Below the pieces are notes generated by a model, which saw nothing but the letters and a program-made list of their open reading frames with translations, did not search any database and had not been told where the DNA came from. Below, in pieces: positions 38,837 through 52,429 of a stretch of 64,000 nucleotides of DNA. Numbering within the stretch: the first letter of the stretch is position 1; each line of letters starts with the position of its first letter. This DNA is from Mustelus asterias (Eukaryota), in NCBI RefSeq assembly GCF_964213995.1, contig NW_027590151.1, forward strand, positions 496,001 through 560,000, read 5' to 3'. A program made the position numbers and the translations under genes.

Positions 38837-39602
38837 GGCGCAGGTCCACAATCAATGGTTCCTTGTCCGTAAAACACATTGCGTTGGATTTCAGAGAAAA
38901 TGTACAGATGACGAACCTGACAATGCAGCCCCATCTGAGTGGCTTTCCGTCCCTAAGGTCAATGATTGTCACTGTTGGGGAAATGTGACATTTGGCGCTC
39001 AGATTATTCCTGGATAAATCCAATCATTTCCTGGTCCCAATCACAAAACCCACAGATGTCCCGAGTGAGTAATTTAATAAATCAGTACTTCCAATCTTTC
39101 TGTATCAGATGCCTATCTGTCAGGGGACACCTGTTAACTGTGATCCAATATTAAAGGCACACTGAGAGTTGTCACATTTTGAAGTTTCTGGACAGAAATA
39201 ATGTCTGATTGAAATCAGTACTTTCCCAGTATAAGAGTAATCCCAGTGGAAACGCAAGTCAATGTGGACTTGGGTGATGACTTATCCCCGGTATAAATAA
39301 AGCAGTAACTACTATTATGTTCATGCAGTGGATGCACTCATTAATACCCGCAGAGTAAATGAGGGTAAATTATTTATTTCATTTTTAACTTTATTTAGAA
39401 AGAAAAATCTATCTATAAAAAGGGGGATATTGAGTTCGAACGAAAGAGGGTTAACCGAGAAAGCGACAGTATAACTGATAATATTATTCACCTTTCATGG
39501 AGAGAGAAAGAGAGTGAGAAAAATACACACAGCCCGGGATGGAATGTGTTTGGAGGGAGCCAGCTGTGTTTAGTCCTCCATTAACAGTGTTTGGTCCACA
39601 GC

Positions 39603-39610
39603 TGACGTCA
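39603..39610. promoter_or_regulatory. CRE palindrome upstream of a V leader
   Basis: TGACGTCA ~155 bp 5' of the leader at 39765, with CCAAT nearby; CRE-like motifs are typical of TCR V promoters. Confidence 0.55.
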
Positions 39611-39764
39611 TCTAAAGGGGACCAGCCAATTGCAACACTGAGAAAAGCCCCCAATTTGCCTATTGTTGAAGTTATCTCTGATCTGAGTTTACTCCGTGAT
39701 ATAAGACTAGAAGCAACAACATATTTTAAACAGTGTCGCTGTTTACTGTCCAATCAGGAACCAC

Positions 39765-40241
39765 ATGTTCCCTGCGTGTTCTACTGATAATAATGGACAT
39801 GCTGCCCGGTGATTCTGTGCTCAAATCCTCAGTGTGTGTTCAATGGGTTATATTCACTCACAGATTTCTCACACAGTCTATATGTTGTTACAGGAACCAA
39901 TGGCCAAACTTCAGTTTCCCAGGAGCCGCCTGAATGAACGGTTCAGGAAGTACAGACGGTAATTTTGAACTGCAGTTATAAAGCTAAATACGCTGACCAA
40001 ACTCTATTCTGGTACATCCTGTATCCCGGAGAAGCTCCGAGATATTTATTGAAAAGTTACGGCAAGGGGAAGGGGGATAAGTCTCCTGATTTTTCGGACC
40101 AGTTTTCTGCTAATTTGGACAGAGACAAGAAAACAGCTCCATTAAATATCACCGGGGTCCGTGTCTCTGTCTCTGCCGTGTATCTGTAACAGTGTGCGCT
40201 GAACCGCAGTTACAGAGACGCAGTTAGTCCGTACAAAAACC
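39765..40241 (+). pseudogene. TCR V pseudogene
   Basis: Frameshifted leader (SLRVLLIIMDMLP); V exon from 39894 GTNGQTSVSQEPPE*...ILNCSY...LFWY...SAVYL*; degenerate heptamer, nonamer ACAAAAACC at 40233-40241. Confidence 0.88.
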
Positions 40242-41614
40242 AGCAAAGGCATTCTCACCTCCTCTCACTGAATCCGATCTCTGAGCTGGATTGTGAACTG
40301 TTAATATAAACAAAATCATATCATTAAAACCAGTTAAACCGAATGATCAGTTTCTTTGTGCTGAATGTCTGTCAGTGTATGTAAAATCCCTCTTTATAGT
40401 AGTTTCTGTGGTTTACGAGCAACTCTGAATAGGAGACGCTGGTGCTGTTATTACAACATGAAATAAAACTAATCAGAGTCAAATCTCAAAAATCATCTCA
40501 GTCAAAACCCTACATTCGCTTTAATGCACTCTATGTGTCAAAGAGAGCAATGATTGTACAGTCGTTTGATTTCTTGAAGACAGTTGATGGATTTGTGGAT
40601 ATTCAGGGAAATAACGGATATGGAGGTAGTCATAGAGTCATAGAGTCAGAGAGGTTTACAGCATGGAAACAGGCCCTTCGGCCCAACTTGTCTATGCCAT
40701 CCTTTTTTTAACCACTATGCTAGTTCCAATTGCCCGCGTTTGGCCCATATCCCAACAAAACATTTGTCTGAGCATAAAGACTTATCCCGGGGTTTCGATT
40801 TCCCAAAGCACTTCTGGTGATTACAGCAGACTTTTAAAGAAAGACTTTCGGGCATGTGGGCATCGCGGGCTCGGCCACTATTTATTGCCCATCCCTAGTT
40901 GTCCTTCAGGAACTTTCTGACGCTCTTTTCAATTAGGTTTCTGCATTCAGTCTATTTTCTTACCAAATGTTCCAGTGTCTAGAGTACACCAAACCTGTTC
41001 TTAGAGATTATTAATAGAGATATTAATCATTGTTCATTGGATTCTAAGCATTCATTGAAATAAACTTTTGTACCTTTACTGTTAAGAATTCTTAGTTTTA
41101 AAATGTGTCAAGTGTTCATTGTGTTAATATGAGTCACATTCTTCCGAACTCTTTCCAATGAAGTTTCTCTTCGATTCCCAGTTGATATTTTATTTCATTA
41201 CTGTAACATTGAGAGATGTTTAATCAGGCTGTTGTGATTATGAGGATTTGCCTCAGCAGGCGGGCATCAGTTTACACTATTGACTGACATATCAAACCAA
41301 ACTGTATTGGTTTTTTTGCCCCGAGTGTTCTTTGAAACATCAGAACAAGGGTACAACTAGTTCAAGGCGACCTGCAGCATTTTGAATTCTCAATATTAGT
41401 GCCGATTTCCCGGTGATTCCAAATAAACAACAGTTAATTCTTCCCTCGCACGGTGAATGTAACAATCAGACGGAATCTGTGAACGATTTTCGATGGTGTT
41501 TGTGTGAATTGTGGTCGGGTTTGCGTTCACAGGAATGTATTGACGTGTCAGTGTATAACCCGCTGTTAGAAACAGCTCTTGACAGACAGCAGGTGTGACT
41601 CAGAAACCTGCGGC

Positions 41615-42700
41615 AGTTTTTGTACGAGGATTTCACTCATTTTCATCACTGTGAGACTCTGTGCACAGTAATAGACCGCGGTGTCAGACAGCCGCAGCTT
41701 CGAGATAGCCAATCGGTACAAATTGTCTGCCTGCTAGACTGAATCAGAAAACCGGGTCCGAGCGAAATCCGCCTTTAATTCAAAACCGCCGTTCTTGTCT
41801 CTCCGGACTGCAAACTCGGGCTGTCTGCCTGGATATTGACGCTCCCAGAATAACTAATAAGCATCGTCGGTAAAGGTGCAGTTTGAAGTGACATCTTCTC
41901 CCTCTGTCCGTGTGAGTGAGGATTCCCGCCGAGTAACAGAATCTCCATCGCTCAGATCTGAAACACACGGTTAAAGAAAAAACATTGATTAAAAGTTCAA
42001 TTGAACTCAGAGAGAAAATTCACTGACAGTGTAACGTAAAAATATGTATTGAATGTATTGAATCATACCATATTCTCTCCAACTGATCTATGTTCCTGTT
42101 TACAATACCCAGGAAATTCCTCCCTCTCGTCTCTTCTCAATGCATCTGTCCCTTCCTCAGCTGTCTAGTTTAGTTTACCTTTAAATTAGTCTTTGCTCCT
42201 CTCCTCAAGTGTTCATTGTGTTAATATGAGTCACATTCTACCGAACTCTTTCTAAAGATGTTTCTCTCCGATTCCCAGTTGATCTATTTGTTTCATTGGA
42301 ATTGTGGGACATATATTTGGAATCCTCCCACAAGTGGAATCATCCTCTCCCCGTCCACCACACCAATCCTCGATATCATTATAAAGAGATCAGTCAGATT
42401 TGCGTTAGTTTCCTTGGTCAGTCGAGAAAGTAATCATAATCTTGCATTCCGATAGCTCTCATCTCCCAATCCGAGTACCATTTCTCGAAATCGCCTTTTC
42501 AGTGTGCTTTTCGAATCTATTTTCAAAAGACTAAAACCACTCGCAAGGATTCATTTGTGTTCTACAGCATGTCCAATACCTGTATAACATGAATGTCCTG
42601 CTTTTCAACTTTATCTCTCCAGAAAATAACTCATTTTTAAAGTGTTAAACTTACCAACAATGAATGTCACCCAGATCAGAGTGAAAACGGGGAGCCGCAT
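41615..42700 (-). pseudogene. TCR V pseudogene (leader 42655-42700, V exon 41654-41957)
   Basis: Leader MRLPVFTLIWVTFIV with G|GTAAGT; DLSDGDSVT...NCTF...Y*LFWERQYPG...SV*...DTAVYYCAQS (two TAG); RSS CACAGTG (41647-41653), 23 nt, ACAAAAACT (41615-41623). Confidence 0.92.
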
Positions 42701-42791
42701 TGCTGCTGCTCCTGGATTCCAGGGACTTGTTTCTCCGAAAGCTGCAGAAGATCGAACAAGATAAAGCTGAGAGCATTGGCTGTGGCCGGTC

Positions 42792-42799
42792 TGACGTCA
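42792..42799. promoter_or_regulatory. CRE palindrome upstream of a V leader
   Basis: TGACGTCA ~90 bp 5' of the minus-strand ATG at 42700. Confidence 0.6.
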
Positions 42800-43994
42800 C
42801 ATCCTGCAGAACCTATAGTCGGAAGAGTGGAGATCACTGAATAGAGAATAAAGTGCTGATTGGATATCACAATCCACAAGTTGATTTATTCCTGACAGCG
42901 TCATCAGGTGATAATCCAATAAGCTCCTGGGCTCTTTACTCTGGATTCATCCAATCAGCCGAGAGCTCCTTTCGGCTCTAATTCATGACAGTAAGAAGCC
43001 TGACAACACCAGGTTAAAGTCCAACAGGTTTATTTGGTAGCACAAGCTTTCGGAGCGCTGCTCCTAGAATCAGACAAACTGTGAGCACCAGCTCAGTACA
43101 ATATATTTTCAGCATTCTTAATATCGCAATCCGTCATCATAGTTTAAAATTTAAGAAAATGCTCATTAGAATGAATGCCTCTATTTCAGGTTTTATTTCT
43201 CTCATTGTTTTTCTGAATTAAATAACTGAATATTGTTTCAAAAGATGTGAAGGAGGAATTGTCTTGGGTTTGGGTAAATTTGATTTGATTTGATTTATCA
43301 TTTTCACATACACTGGTATACAGTTTCTTGCATGCTATACAGACAAATGCTATACATAGAGAAAATAGGGGAGAAGGACAGGAGAGGGTGCAAGATGCTG
43401 TGTTACAAGTATAGCCAGGGTGGAGAGAAATAACAGCTTAATGTATGTTAGACCCATTTAGAAGTCCGATGGCCGCAGCGAAGAAGCTGTTCTTGAATCG
43501 GTTGGTATGTGATCTCAGACACCTGTTTCTTTTTCCCAACGGAAGAAGGTGGAAGAGCGTATGTCCATTGTGCGTGAGGTCCTTGATTATGCCGGGCGCT
43601 TTTCCGAGGCAGCGGGAAGTGTAGACATAGTCAATGGATGGTCGGCTGGTTTGCGTGATGGACTGGGTTTCTTCAGAACTCTTTGTAAAGAGCAGAGATG
43701 TGGAATTATTTGGATAGTTCATGCGAAGTAATAGCACAGGCACAATGGGCCAACAGACCCCTCCTTGTCTGTACGGTGCACAGATCTCCGTCTGCAACTG
43801 AAGTGACTGAACTAATAACTGCTGCTGGTGCAGACCTGGCTCAAGATCGCGGTGTTGATATTAATTTGGATTAACCTTTCCCGCACAACAGTCAAGAGCT
43901 AAAGGGTAACAAAATGCATCGAAATAAAGAAATGTAAAATACTGACAGGTTTCAAACGGCCCGAGTAACAATTTTCCTGAGGAATGGCTAGCAC

Positions 43995-45830
43995 CATAGA
44001 GTCATAGAAGTTTACTACATGGAAACAGGCCCTTCGGCTCAACTTGTCAATGCCGCCCTTTTCTTTTAACCCGGAAGCGAGTCCCAGTTGCCCGCATTTG
44101 GCCCATATTCCTCTATACCCATCTTACTCAATCAACAGTCCAAATGCTTTTTAAAAGACAATATTGTATCTGCCTCTACTACTACCTCTGGCAGCTTGTT
44201 CCAGACACTCACCAACCGTTGTGTGAAAAAATTGTCCCTCTGGACACTTTTGTATCTCTCTCTCCTCTCACCTTAAACCTATGCCCTCTAGTTTTAGACT
44301 TCCCTAACTTTGGAGAACGATATTGACTACCTAGCTGATCTATGCCCCTCATTATTTTATAGACCTCTATAAGATCACCCCTAAGCCTTCTACGTTCGAG
44401 AGAAAAAAGTCCCAGTCTATCCAACCTCTCCTTATAACTCAAACCATCAAGTCCCAGTAGCATCCTAGTAGATATTGTCTGCACTCTTTGTAGTTTAATA
44501 ATATCTTTTCTATAATTGGGTGACCAGAACTGTACACAGTGTTCCAACTGTGGCCTTACCAATTTCTTGTACAACTTTAAGAAGACGTCCCAACTCCTGT
44601 ATTCAATGCTCTGACCAATGAAACCAAGCATGCTGAATGCCTTTTTCACCACTCTGTCCACCTGTGACTCCACTTTCAAGGAGCTGTGAACATGTACCCC
44701 TCGATCTCTTTGTTTTATAACTCTCCCCAACGCCCTACCATTAACTGAGTAAGTTCTACCCTGGTTCAACCTATCAAAATGCATCACTTCACATTTATCT
44801 AAATTAAACTCCACCTGCCATTCGTCAGCCCACTGGCCCAATTGATCAAGATCCCGTTGCAATCCGAGATAACCTTCTTCACTGTCCACTATGCCACCAA
44901 TCTTGGTGTCATCTGCAAACTTACGAACGATGCCCCCTATATTCTCATCCAAATCATTAATATAAATGACAAATAACAGTGGACCCAGCACTGATCCCTG
45001 AGGCACACCGCTGGTCTCAGGCCTCCAGTTTGAAAAACAACCCTGTGCAACCACCCTCTGGCTTCTGTCATCAAGCCAATTTTGTATCCATTTAGCTACC
45101 CACCCTGGATTCCATGAGATTTAACCTCATCCAACAACGTACAATGCGGTATCTTGTTAAAGGCCTTGCTAAAGGCCATGTAGACAACACCAGCTGCACT
45201 GCCCTCATCTACCTTCTTGGTTACCCCTTCAAAAAACTCAATCAAACTTGTGAGACGTGATTTTCCACTCACAAAGCCACGCTGACTGTCCCTAATCAGT
45301 CCTTGCATCTCTAAATGCCTGTAGATCCTGTCTCTCAAAATACTTCCAACAACGTACTCCACACAGGTGTGAGGCTCAGTGGCCTGTAGTTCCCTGGCTT
45401 TTCCCTTCAGCCTTTTTTAAACAAAGACATAACATTTGCCACCCTCAAATCTTCAGGCACCTCACCTGTGACTATCGATGATTGAAATATCACTGCTAGG
45501 GGACACACAATTTCCTCCCGAGCCTTCCATAATGTCCTGGGATACACTTCATCACGTCCCGGGGATTTATCTACCTTGATACGCTTTAAGACTTCCAACA
45601 CCTCCTTCTCTGTAATATGTACACCCCTCAAGACAGCACTATTTATTTCCCCAAGTTTCCTAACATCCATGCTTTTCTCAACAATAAATACTGACGAGAA
45701 ATATTCATTGAGGATCTCACCCATATCTTGTGGATCCGCACATCGATGACCTTGTTGATCCTTAACTGGCCCTACTTTCTCCCTTGTCACTCTTTTGCTC
45801 TTTATGTATTTGTAGAAGCTCTTTGTATTC
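43995..45830 (-). mobile_element. CR1 LINE fragment
   Basis: RT ORF pieces 44209-45054, 45096-45362 and 45407-45832; catagag tail. Confidence 0.92.
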
Positions 45831-45899
45831 ACCAGTAGTTCACAACTTATTGACGGGAGCAGCGGTATCTGTGGGGATTGTGTACTCGCAATGACTGGG

Positions 45900-47000
45900 A
45901 CGCTGTGTTTTTGGCAAAAAAAAACTTATTCATAAAATATCTGAAAGTACGTTACACAATATTTCAAAATGGCCATAACAGCAAGTGCAATAACATTCAA
46001 GTTTTCGACAATGAAGCTGTTGCACTCTGTGTACAATTAAAGGAACATTACAGAACGTTTCAGAATAGTCTTTACAGAAAGTGCATTGACGTTCAGGTTT
46101 CGTACACAGATAATTTTGCACGCTGACGTGCTTCAACACATTCAATGAAACATTACAAAACTTTGCAAAATGGTAATTTCAGAAAGTGCAGTGATACTGA
46201 AGATTTCTGCAAAGGTATTGTTGCACATTGAAGATGTTCAGTGGAACATAATACATATTTTAAGATCGTCAATACAGGAAGGACGTTGTCATTTAGGTTG
46301 TCTACGTTGAACAATGTGCACTCTGAGGTGCTTCACTAGAATTGCGAGACGTGTAATATTCACTGCATTCCTTCAATGTGAGTCCTACAGCAAGAGGGGC
46401 TCAGAATGAGTTCTGCTCCCCTCAGTTCACAAGGGCCGAATGGTCTCAGTCAGCGGGGTTTTCCCCATTGCGCCTTTGCAGCAACTGCCCCAAGGTTTAG
46501 TGCGTCCCTCAGCAGGGAGTCCTGCGCCCTGGAATGTGCCAGTCTGCAACACTCGCTCGAGGACAATTCTTTGCACATGAAGATCAACCAGTTTCGAGAA
46601 GGCAAAGAGTATATTTTACCGAGTTGAAGATTTTCCAACAGCAATTGGTGCTTGTCTCGGTTTGTGTCCCTGGGAACAGCCCGGAGAGCACAGAGTCCTT
46701 CGTCACAGAGTTGCTTAGGATGAACATATACCAATAAAAGACTTCTCATCACCTCGGGATATAAATGGATAGTTTATTTGCTACGTTCGGGTTTTATGTC
46801 TCAGTGACTCACCGCCACAGTAACACACCCCAGCGCCTGATAGCGATGTGCTATCTCCATTAGGACTGGTCAAAGGTCTTGTTGGGTGAATGAAGAGTTT
46901 GAAGAGTCTGTGGCGTTTCTGCTAACAGATGAAATGACAAATTTCAGACCACGGTTCTGTTGCATGCTGAACGAGCGGATGCTCTCAGGGCATCAGGTGA
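45900..47000 (-). mobile_element. Degenerate Tx1/L1-like LINE 3' fragment
   Basis: ORF 46450-46752 ends ECCRLAHSRAQDSLLRDALNLGAVAAKAQWGK, resembling Tx1-type ORF2 C-termini; repetitive 3' UTR and possible poly-A (+ strand t-run near 45910). Confidence 0.5.
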
Positions 47001-48168
47001 TTGTATTTCACTGGATTTCAATCGATTGTCACTCTTGTGTTAATATCTGCTGTGATTGAGAGATTTCAGACGCTCAACCGATAATTGTCCATGCAAAAGA
47101 AAGTTATTTTTTATGGTCAACACTCTCCAAATAATACTCACTTAAAATCAAAACGTGAAGCTGCAATTCCACTAATTGCCGTTTCCTGGTTTCTGCATTC
47201 CCTGGATCCAGAATATTAAAGGAGAATGGCGTCAATTAAGGTTTAATGGAATACGTAATCATGTATATAACTTCCATGGTAAATACCTTACATATCGTCA
47301 CCGAGGACAATGTAGAAATGCAACACTGATGTGTGGTTTTCGATGAGTTGCCTTGGGACAGAATTTTCATATATCCTTTTCAGTAAAAGGCTGAATTATC
47401 TCCTTTGCTCAGACAACTCGGAGCTTCAAAGTCGCAAAAGTTTAGCCCAGTTTCTCTCTCCACAGAGTCTTTCCAGCAATTTTCTGTTTTTATTTCAGAT
47501 CTCCCTATCATATGTACACATAGACATCCATTATTTCATATTGCCACCGAGAACATTCCCGTCGGTTTAACGTTGCAATTCCTCCTGTGTTTCATTATAT
47601 CCAAGGAAATGACTAATAACGGCATTTGGTGTGGAAATTAATATTTGATATTAATGCGGGAGTGTTTGAAGTCTGTCGATATGTTGGGCGTTGGATATAC
47701 ATGATTTGTACTATGTGTATTGGTTGCAAGTTGTTGATTAATCTCACTCCTTACAACAGCAACATGCATCACATTCTGGAGTACTTCCATGGAGTGGAAA
47801 GTAAAATGACCACTTGGATTTTTTCAAAGTATCAAAACATTACGGTGGACCTGAGCACCAGCTAATGGCCCATTATGCGGGATATCTGTTATTGAAACCT
47901 GTAAGGGAGAGACAAGGGAGAAATGTAGGTGGAGATATGGGAAGAAAGCAAGAGGGATTGAATAATTGGAAATGGAGGCGAGACCTGGAGTTAAGCAGAG
48001 CAAGAACCGGTGATATAAATGAATGAATCAGGAATAGATTTAGAGGAAGATACAATCAGAGAAACAGCTGCAGCAAAACAGACAAATACGAACTAAAACA
48101 TGGGGAATATTTGTTCCAAGTGTTATTTTCACTCCCAGATATTTGATACATTCTGTGTTTTGTTGCAG

Positions 48169-48578
48169 AAACCAATAGTGATGATTCTGTGTCCAAGGAT
48201 CAATCTGAATTAAGGGTTCTCCAAGTACAGAGCATAATGTTGGATTGTAAATACTCGGACAGCTATTCTCCCTATTCTGTTCTGGTATCCGGGCGAAACT
48301 CCGAGATATTTAATGAGGATTTATAGCTCGGAGGATGTGAAACAATATTGTCCACTTTGTACAAAGGAACACTGTTGCTCAAATGTCATGATGTGGAGAT
48401 GCCGGCGTTGGACTGGGGTAAACACAGTAAGAAGTTTAACAACACCAGGTTAAAGTCCAACAGGTTTATTTGGTAGCAAAAGCCACAAAAGCCACACCTC
48501 AAATGTCACCAGGACGCTTCTCTCCGATACCGCCTTATGTTTCTGGTGCAGAGATAGAGCGGATCCCGGACAAAAGCA
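48169..48578 (+). pseudogene. Degenerate TCR V pseudogene with a Penelope-derived insertion
   Basis: Acceptor tgttgcAG; TNSDDSVSKDQSELRV...MLDCKY, YPGETPRYLM, LNVTRTLLSDTA; deletions; heptamer lost, nonamer-like ACAAAAGCA remains. Confidence 0.8.
48389..48497 (-). mobile_element. Short Penelope-terminus-derived insert with 11-bp TSD
   Basis: CTCAAATGTCA at 48378-48388 and 48498-48508; insert matches ~30155-30251 in reverse complement. Confidence 0.85.
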
Positions 48579-48590
48579 CCGCACTGATAG

Positions 48591-48623
48591 TTCCAGTTAG
48601 TGATCAGCAGAGGGCGCGCTCAC
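48591..48623 (+). promoter_or_regulatory. CTCF-like motif 3' of V RSS remnant
   Basis: TTCCAGTTAGTGATCAGCAGAGGGCGCGCTCAC. Confidence 0.68.
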
Positions 48624-49162
48624 TCCGAAAAACAGAAATAATAAGTGAGAGTAACAGAAATGTATTATAATTCCGAGCCAAGGCACTCACCAAAGTGAGT
48701 TAGTGGTTCGTCAGCTGACAGTTTGTCTCTGGTGTTATTTCCTCGTCTGTATCAATTATTGGCCAGCCCTTTCCCATCTCCCCTTTCCGTTTCTCGGTCC
48801 ATTTGATCACAGTCGGTACACAGCGTGTGTGTGAATGCTTTTTTGCGAATATTACTGAATTTCCCCACAGTGCCACTGTCATTTCGGGCGTAATTTTCGA
48901 GCTTTGTTGTTTCCTGACACCTTTTACGGACCAGCCTTACCATAACTAGATAAGGATTTTCTTCTGATTTGATCAACGCCAAAGGACACCTTGCCCTTAT
49001 AAGGAGATTAGTTATACCTCAGTTCAATGTTCTTCCATTGACTCGCAGTCACCTCACCAGACAGGGAATTGTGGACAAAACATGTCGCACATTTTCTCTT
49101 AGCTCGCAAGCATGGATTGAATCGTAAATTTAAACTCACTATCGTCTTATTTCTTTTGTTCG

Positions 49163-49220
49163 GGTTTGAATCTTGGAGATTCTGTCACTCAGCGACTGTC
49201 CTTCGATGTTATCAGTGATC
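49163..49220 (+). pseudogene. 5' fragment of a TCR V exon truncated by a CR1 fragment
   Basis: GLNLGDSVTQRLS after a pyrimidine tract; CR1-derived sequence follows (~49220-49720). Confidence 0.45.
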
Positions 49221-50599
49221 GCTGGATGTACGCCCAGATCTCTCTGCCTGTCAATACTCCTAAGGGTTCTACCTTTCCTGTATAACTCCGACATGCATTG
49301 GACCTTCCAAAATGCATTATCTCACACTTGTCCAGATTAAACTCCATCTGCCATTTTTCCGCTCAAGTCTCCAACCGGTCTATATTTTGCTGTAGCTGTA
49401 TCCTCTGACAATCCTCTTCACTCTCCGCAACTCCACCAGTTTTTGTGTGGTCTGTGGACGTACCAATCATACCAGCTACATTTTCCACCAAATCATTTCT
49501 ATATACTACGAACAACAAAGGTCCCAGAACTGATCCCTGTGGATCATGGCTAGTAAGAGTTTTAACAACACCAGGTTAAAACTCTTACTGTGTTCACCCC
49601 AGTCCAACGCCGGCATCTCCACATCATGACGATCATAGCTAGTCACAGCCTTCCAGTCAGAAAATCACCCCTCTACCGCTACCCTCTGTCTTCTATGGCC
49701 AAGCCCCAGTTCTGTATCCATCTTCTCGCAGAGAACATAAGGCGCATGTGCAGTTTCGCCTTCGGCATCTTTTATATTAAATTAACAATTGTATTTTTAT
49801 TTACATATAAATCACCTCCCGGTGGCGTGTCTGGGTCAGAGTTTCAGTCACCTTCTCCATTTCTGAACAGTGTTTTTTTTTCTTTAAAATAAACGGTGGG
49901 GGTAGGGGCTGGTGGTGACGTCACCGAAATAGGACGGCCCGTCCTTCCCCGCCTCTGGCTCCTGGTGTTCCGCCAAAGAGCTGCACCTAGTCCAGGGTGC
50001 GGCCAAGATGTGACACTGCAAGGAGCAGCAGCAGCAGCTGCAGGGAGTGGTCAAGTGGCCCCTGGCGCCCGAAGGGGAAACAGCAGCAAACAGAGTCTCT
50101 ACCCAATGACTTCCCCAAGTTCAGTTGTTCAGTGACACTGGGAAGCTCTTCAAATCTAATCTTCTACTTCTCAGATTCATCCCCCCATCCATCACTCCTT
50201 CCCTCGATCGGACTCTCGATTCATCCATCCGTCCATCCCTTCCTCCCTCCATCCGTCCCTACATGTGTCCCTCCATTCACACAACAAGAACTATTCAGTC
50301 TGCACAGCAGCTTCAGTCTCATTCCCCCAGTTTGTTTTCCACTCTTTATCACACCAATTCTTCTCCCATATTCTTCACATCCTAACATTACAATACAAAC
50401 TTGATAATCTCTCCAATTTGACATTTGTTCAGGGATACAGACAGCAGATAAATTATCAATTACACTCCCAACCTGGGCTATGGTGATACATTTACACATG
50501 ATCTCATTTCACAATAAAACCCACACACCGGTTTTAAGTTTGCTTCCGTTATTGCTGTTGTGCCCAGCAGGTTGAGTAAAGTGAAATTGACATCAACAC

Positions 50600-52179
50600 T
50601 TTATGGTCTCTGTCTCTCTCTGCGTTTGTGAGACTGCCCGTAATAGTGTGTGTGTGTGGCTGTGTGTGTGTGTGTGCGTGTGTGTGTGCGTTCTTCTGAA
50701 AGTATATGTTTTTGGTTTTATTTTATTTGATTTATTATTGTCACATGTATTAGTATACAGAGAAAAGTATTGTTTCTGGCGCGCTATACAGAGAAAGCAT
50801 ACATTTCATAGAGAACAGTAAGAAGTCTCTCAACGCCAGGTTCAAGTCGAACATGTTTATTTGGAATCACGAGCTTTCGGAGCGCTGCTCCTTCATTAGG
50901 TGAGTGGAGAGGTAGGTTTTACAAACACGGCATTACACGTACATGGAGAAGGAAAGGAGCGAGTGCAGAATGTAATGATACAGTCATAGCTAGGATGTAG
51001 AGAAAGATCAATTTAATTAAAACATTGTTATAGAGTTCAAAAGAGTTAGAATATCGTTTTAAAAGCATAGACCAAGAGTAAAAGATAGCATTAGAGAGAT
51101 GATGGGCACAGCTTGCAACAAGTAGCCACGGTCCGACGCCATCTTGATTTTTTTGGTTTGTCTCTGTGTTTATCTGAGGGTGTGTGTCTGTGTTTGTTGT
51201 CTGAGTGTTTATGTGTATGTGTCCATGTGTGCGACTTTGCTTGTGTCTATTTGTCTGCAATCGTGTGACTGTTTTGCCTGAGGCTGTGTGTGTGTGGATG
51301 TGTGCCTGTGTATGTTTGCTTGTCTGGTCATGTGTGTATATATGTGTGTGTGTTATGCTGAAAGTGTGTGTCTGTGAGTTTGCGAGTTTGCCTATGTTGT
51401 TTGACTGAGATCATGTGTGTGCCCATGTTTGACTGTGTGCATGTATTGCTGTGTGCGTGACTGTGTTTGCCTGAGTGTTTGTGTGTGTGTTTGTGCGTGT
51501 GTGTTTTTCTGTGATTGTATATATGTCTGAGTGGTTGACTGAGACTTGTGTCTAAATGTGTGTGTTTTGTCTGAGAGTTTGTGCTTATCTGTGTGCTTGC
51601 ATCAGAGTGAATTTGTATGCATATGCGTGTTCGTTTGATAGGACATCTGTGTGTGGGTCTGTTTCTGTATGTTTGTCAGCGTGTGTGTGTGTGTGTGTGT
51701 GTGTGCATGCATGTCTGAGAGCATATGTTTTCTTTGTGTGTTTGTCTGAGTTTTTCTCTCTATATGTCTATGTTCACGAGTTTGCTTGTGTGTGTATGTC
51801 TGAGTGTGTGCTTATGACTGTGTGTTTGTCTGTGAGTGCATGTGTATGCCTGTGTTTTTCTGAGACTGTGTGTCTGTGTGTTTGCAAGATTTCCTGTGTC
51901 TGTTCGTCTGCGAAATGTGTGCCTGTATTTGCCTGACTATGTGTTTGCGTGTGTGTTTGTCTGGACTTGTCTGAATGCGTGTGTGTGTTTGTGTCTGTGT
52001 GGTTGGCTGTATGTGTGTGTGTGCTTGTCTGACAGCCTGTCTGTGTGTCAGAAAGAGAGAGAAAGTATGTGTGTGTCTGTGTGTGTCTGAGCGTGTATAT
52101 CCATGTATGTGCCTATGCGTGCGAGTTTGCCTGTATCGGTTTTTCTGAGATCCTGTGTGTGTGCGTGCTCGTGACTGTT

Positions 52180-52210
<31 letters not shown>

Positions 52211-52218
52211 GTGCTCGT

Positions 52219-52256
<38 letters not shown>

Positions 52257-52405
52257 GTGTTTTTCAGGGGTGCATTTGGCTGTGTGTGTGTGTATGTGTT
52301 TGCGAGTTTGCTTGTGTCTGCTTGTTTCAGAACTTGTGTGTTTGTCTGAATGTGCGTGTGTGTATGTTTGGGTATGTGAGTTGGTCTTGGATTGTGTGTG
52401 TGTGA
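50600..52405. repeat. Long degenerate (TG)n-rich array
   Basis: Imperfect and perfect TG runs over ~1.8 kb, interrupted by Rex1 and Penelope fragments at ~50710-51010. Confidence 0.9.
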
Positions 52406-52429
52406 ACATTTAAAATAAAAATGGATGAT

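Noticed and set aside
49916-49923. CRE palindrome in a GC-rich patch
   Set aside because: No associated leader or V exon found.
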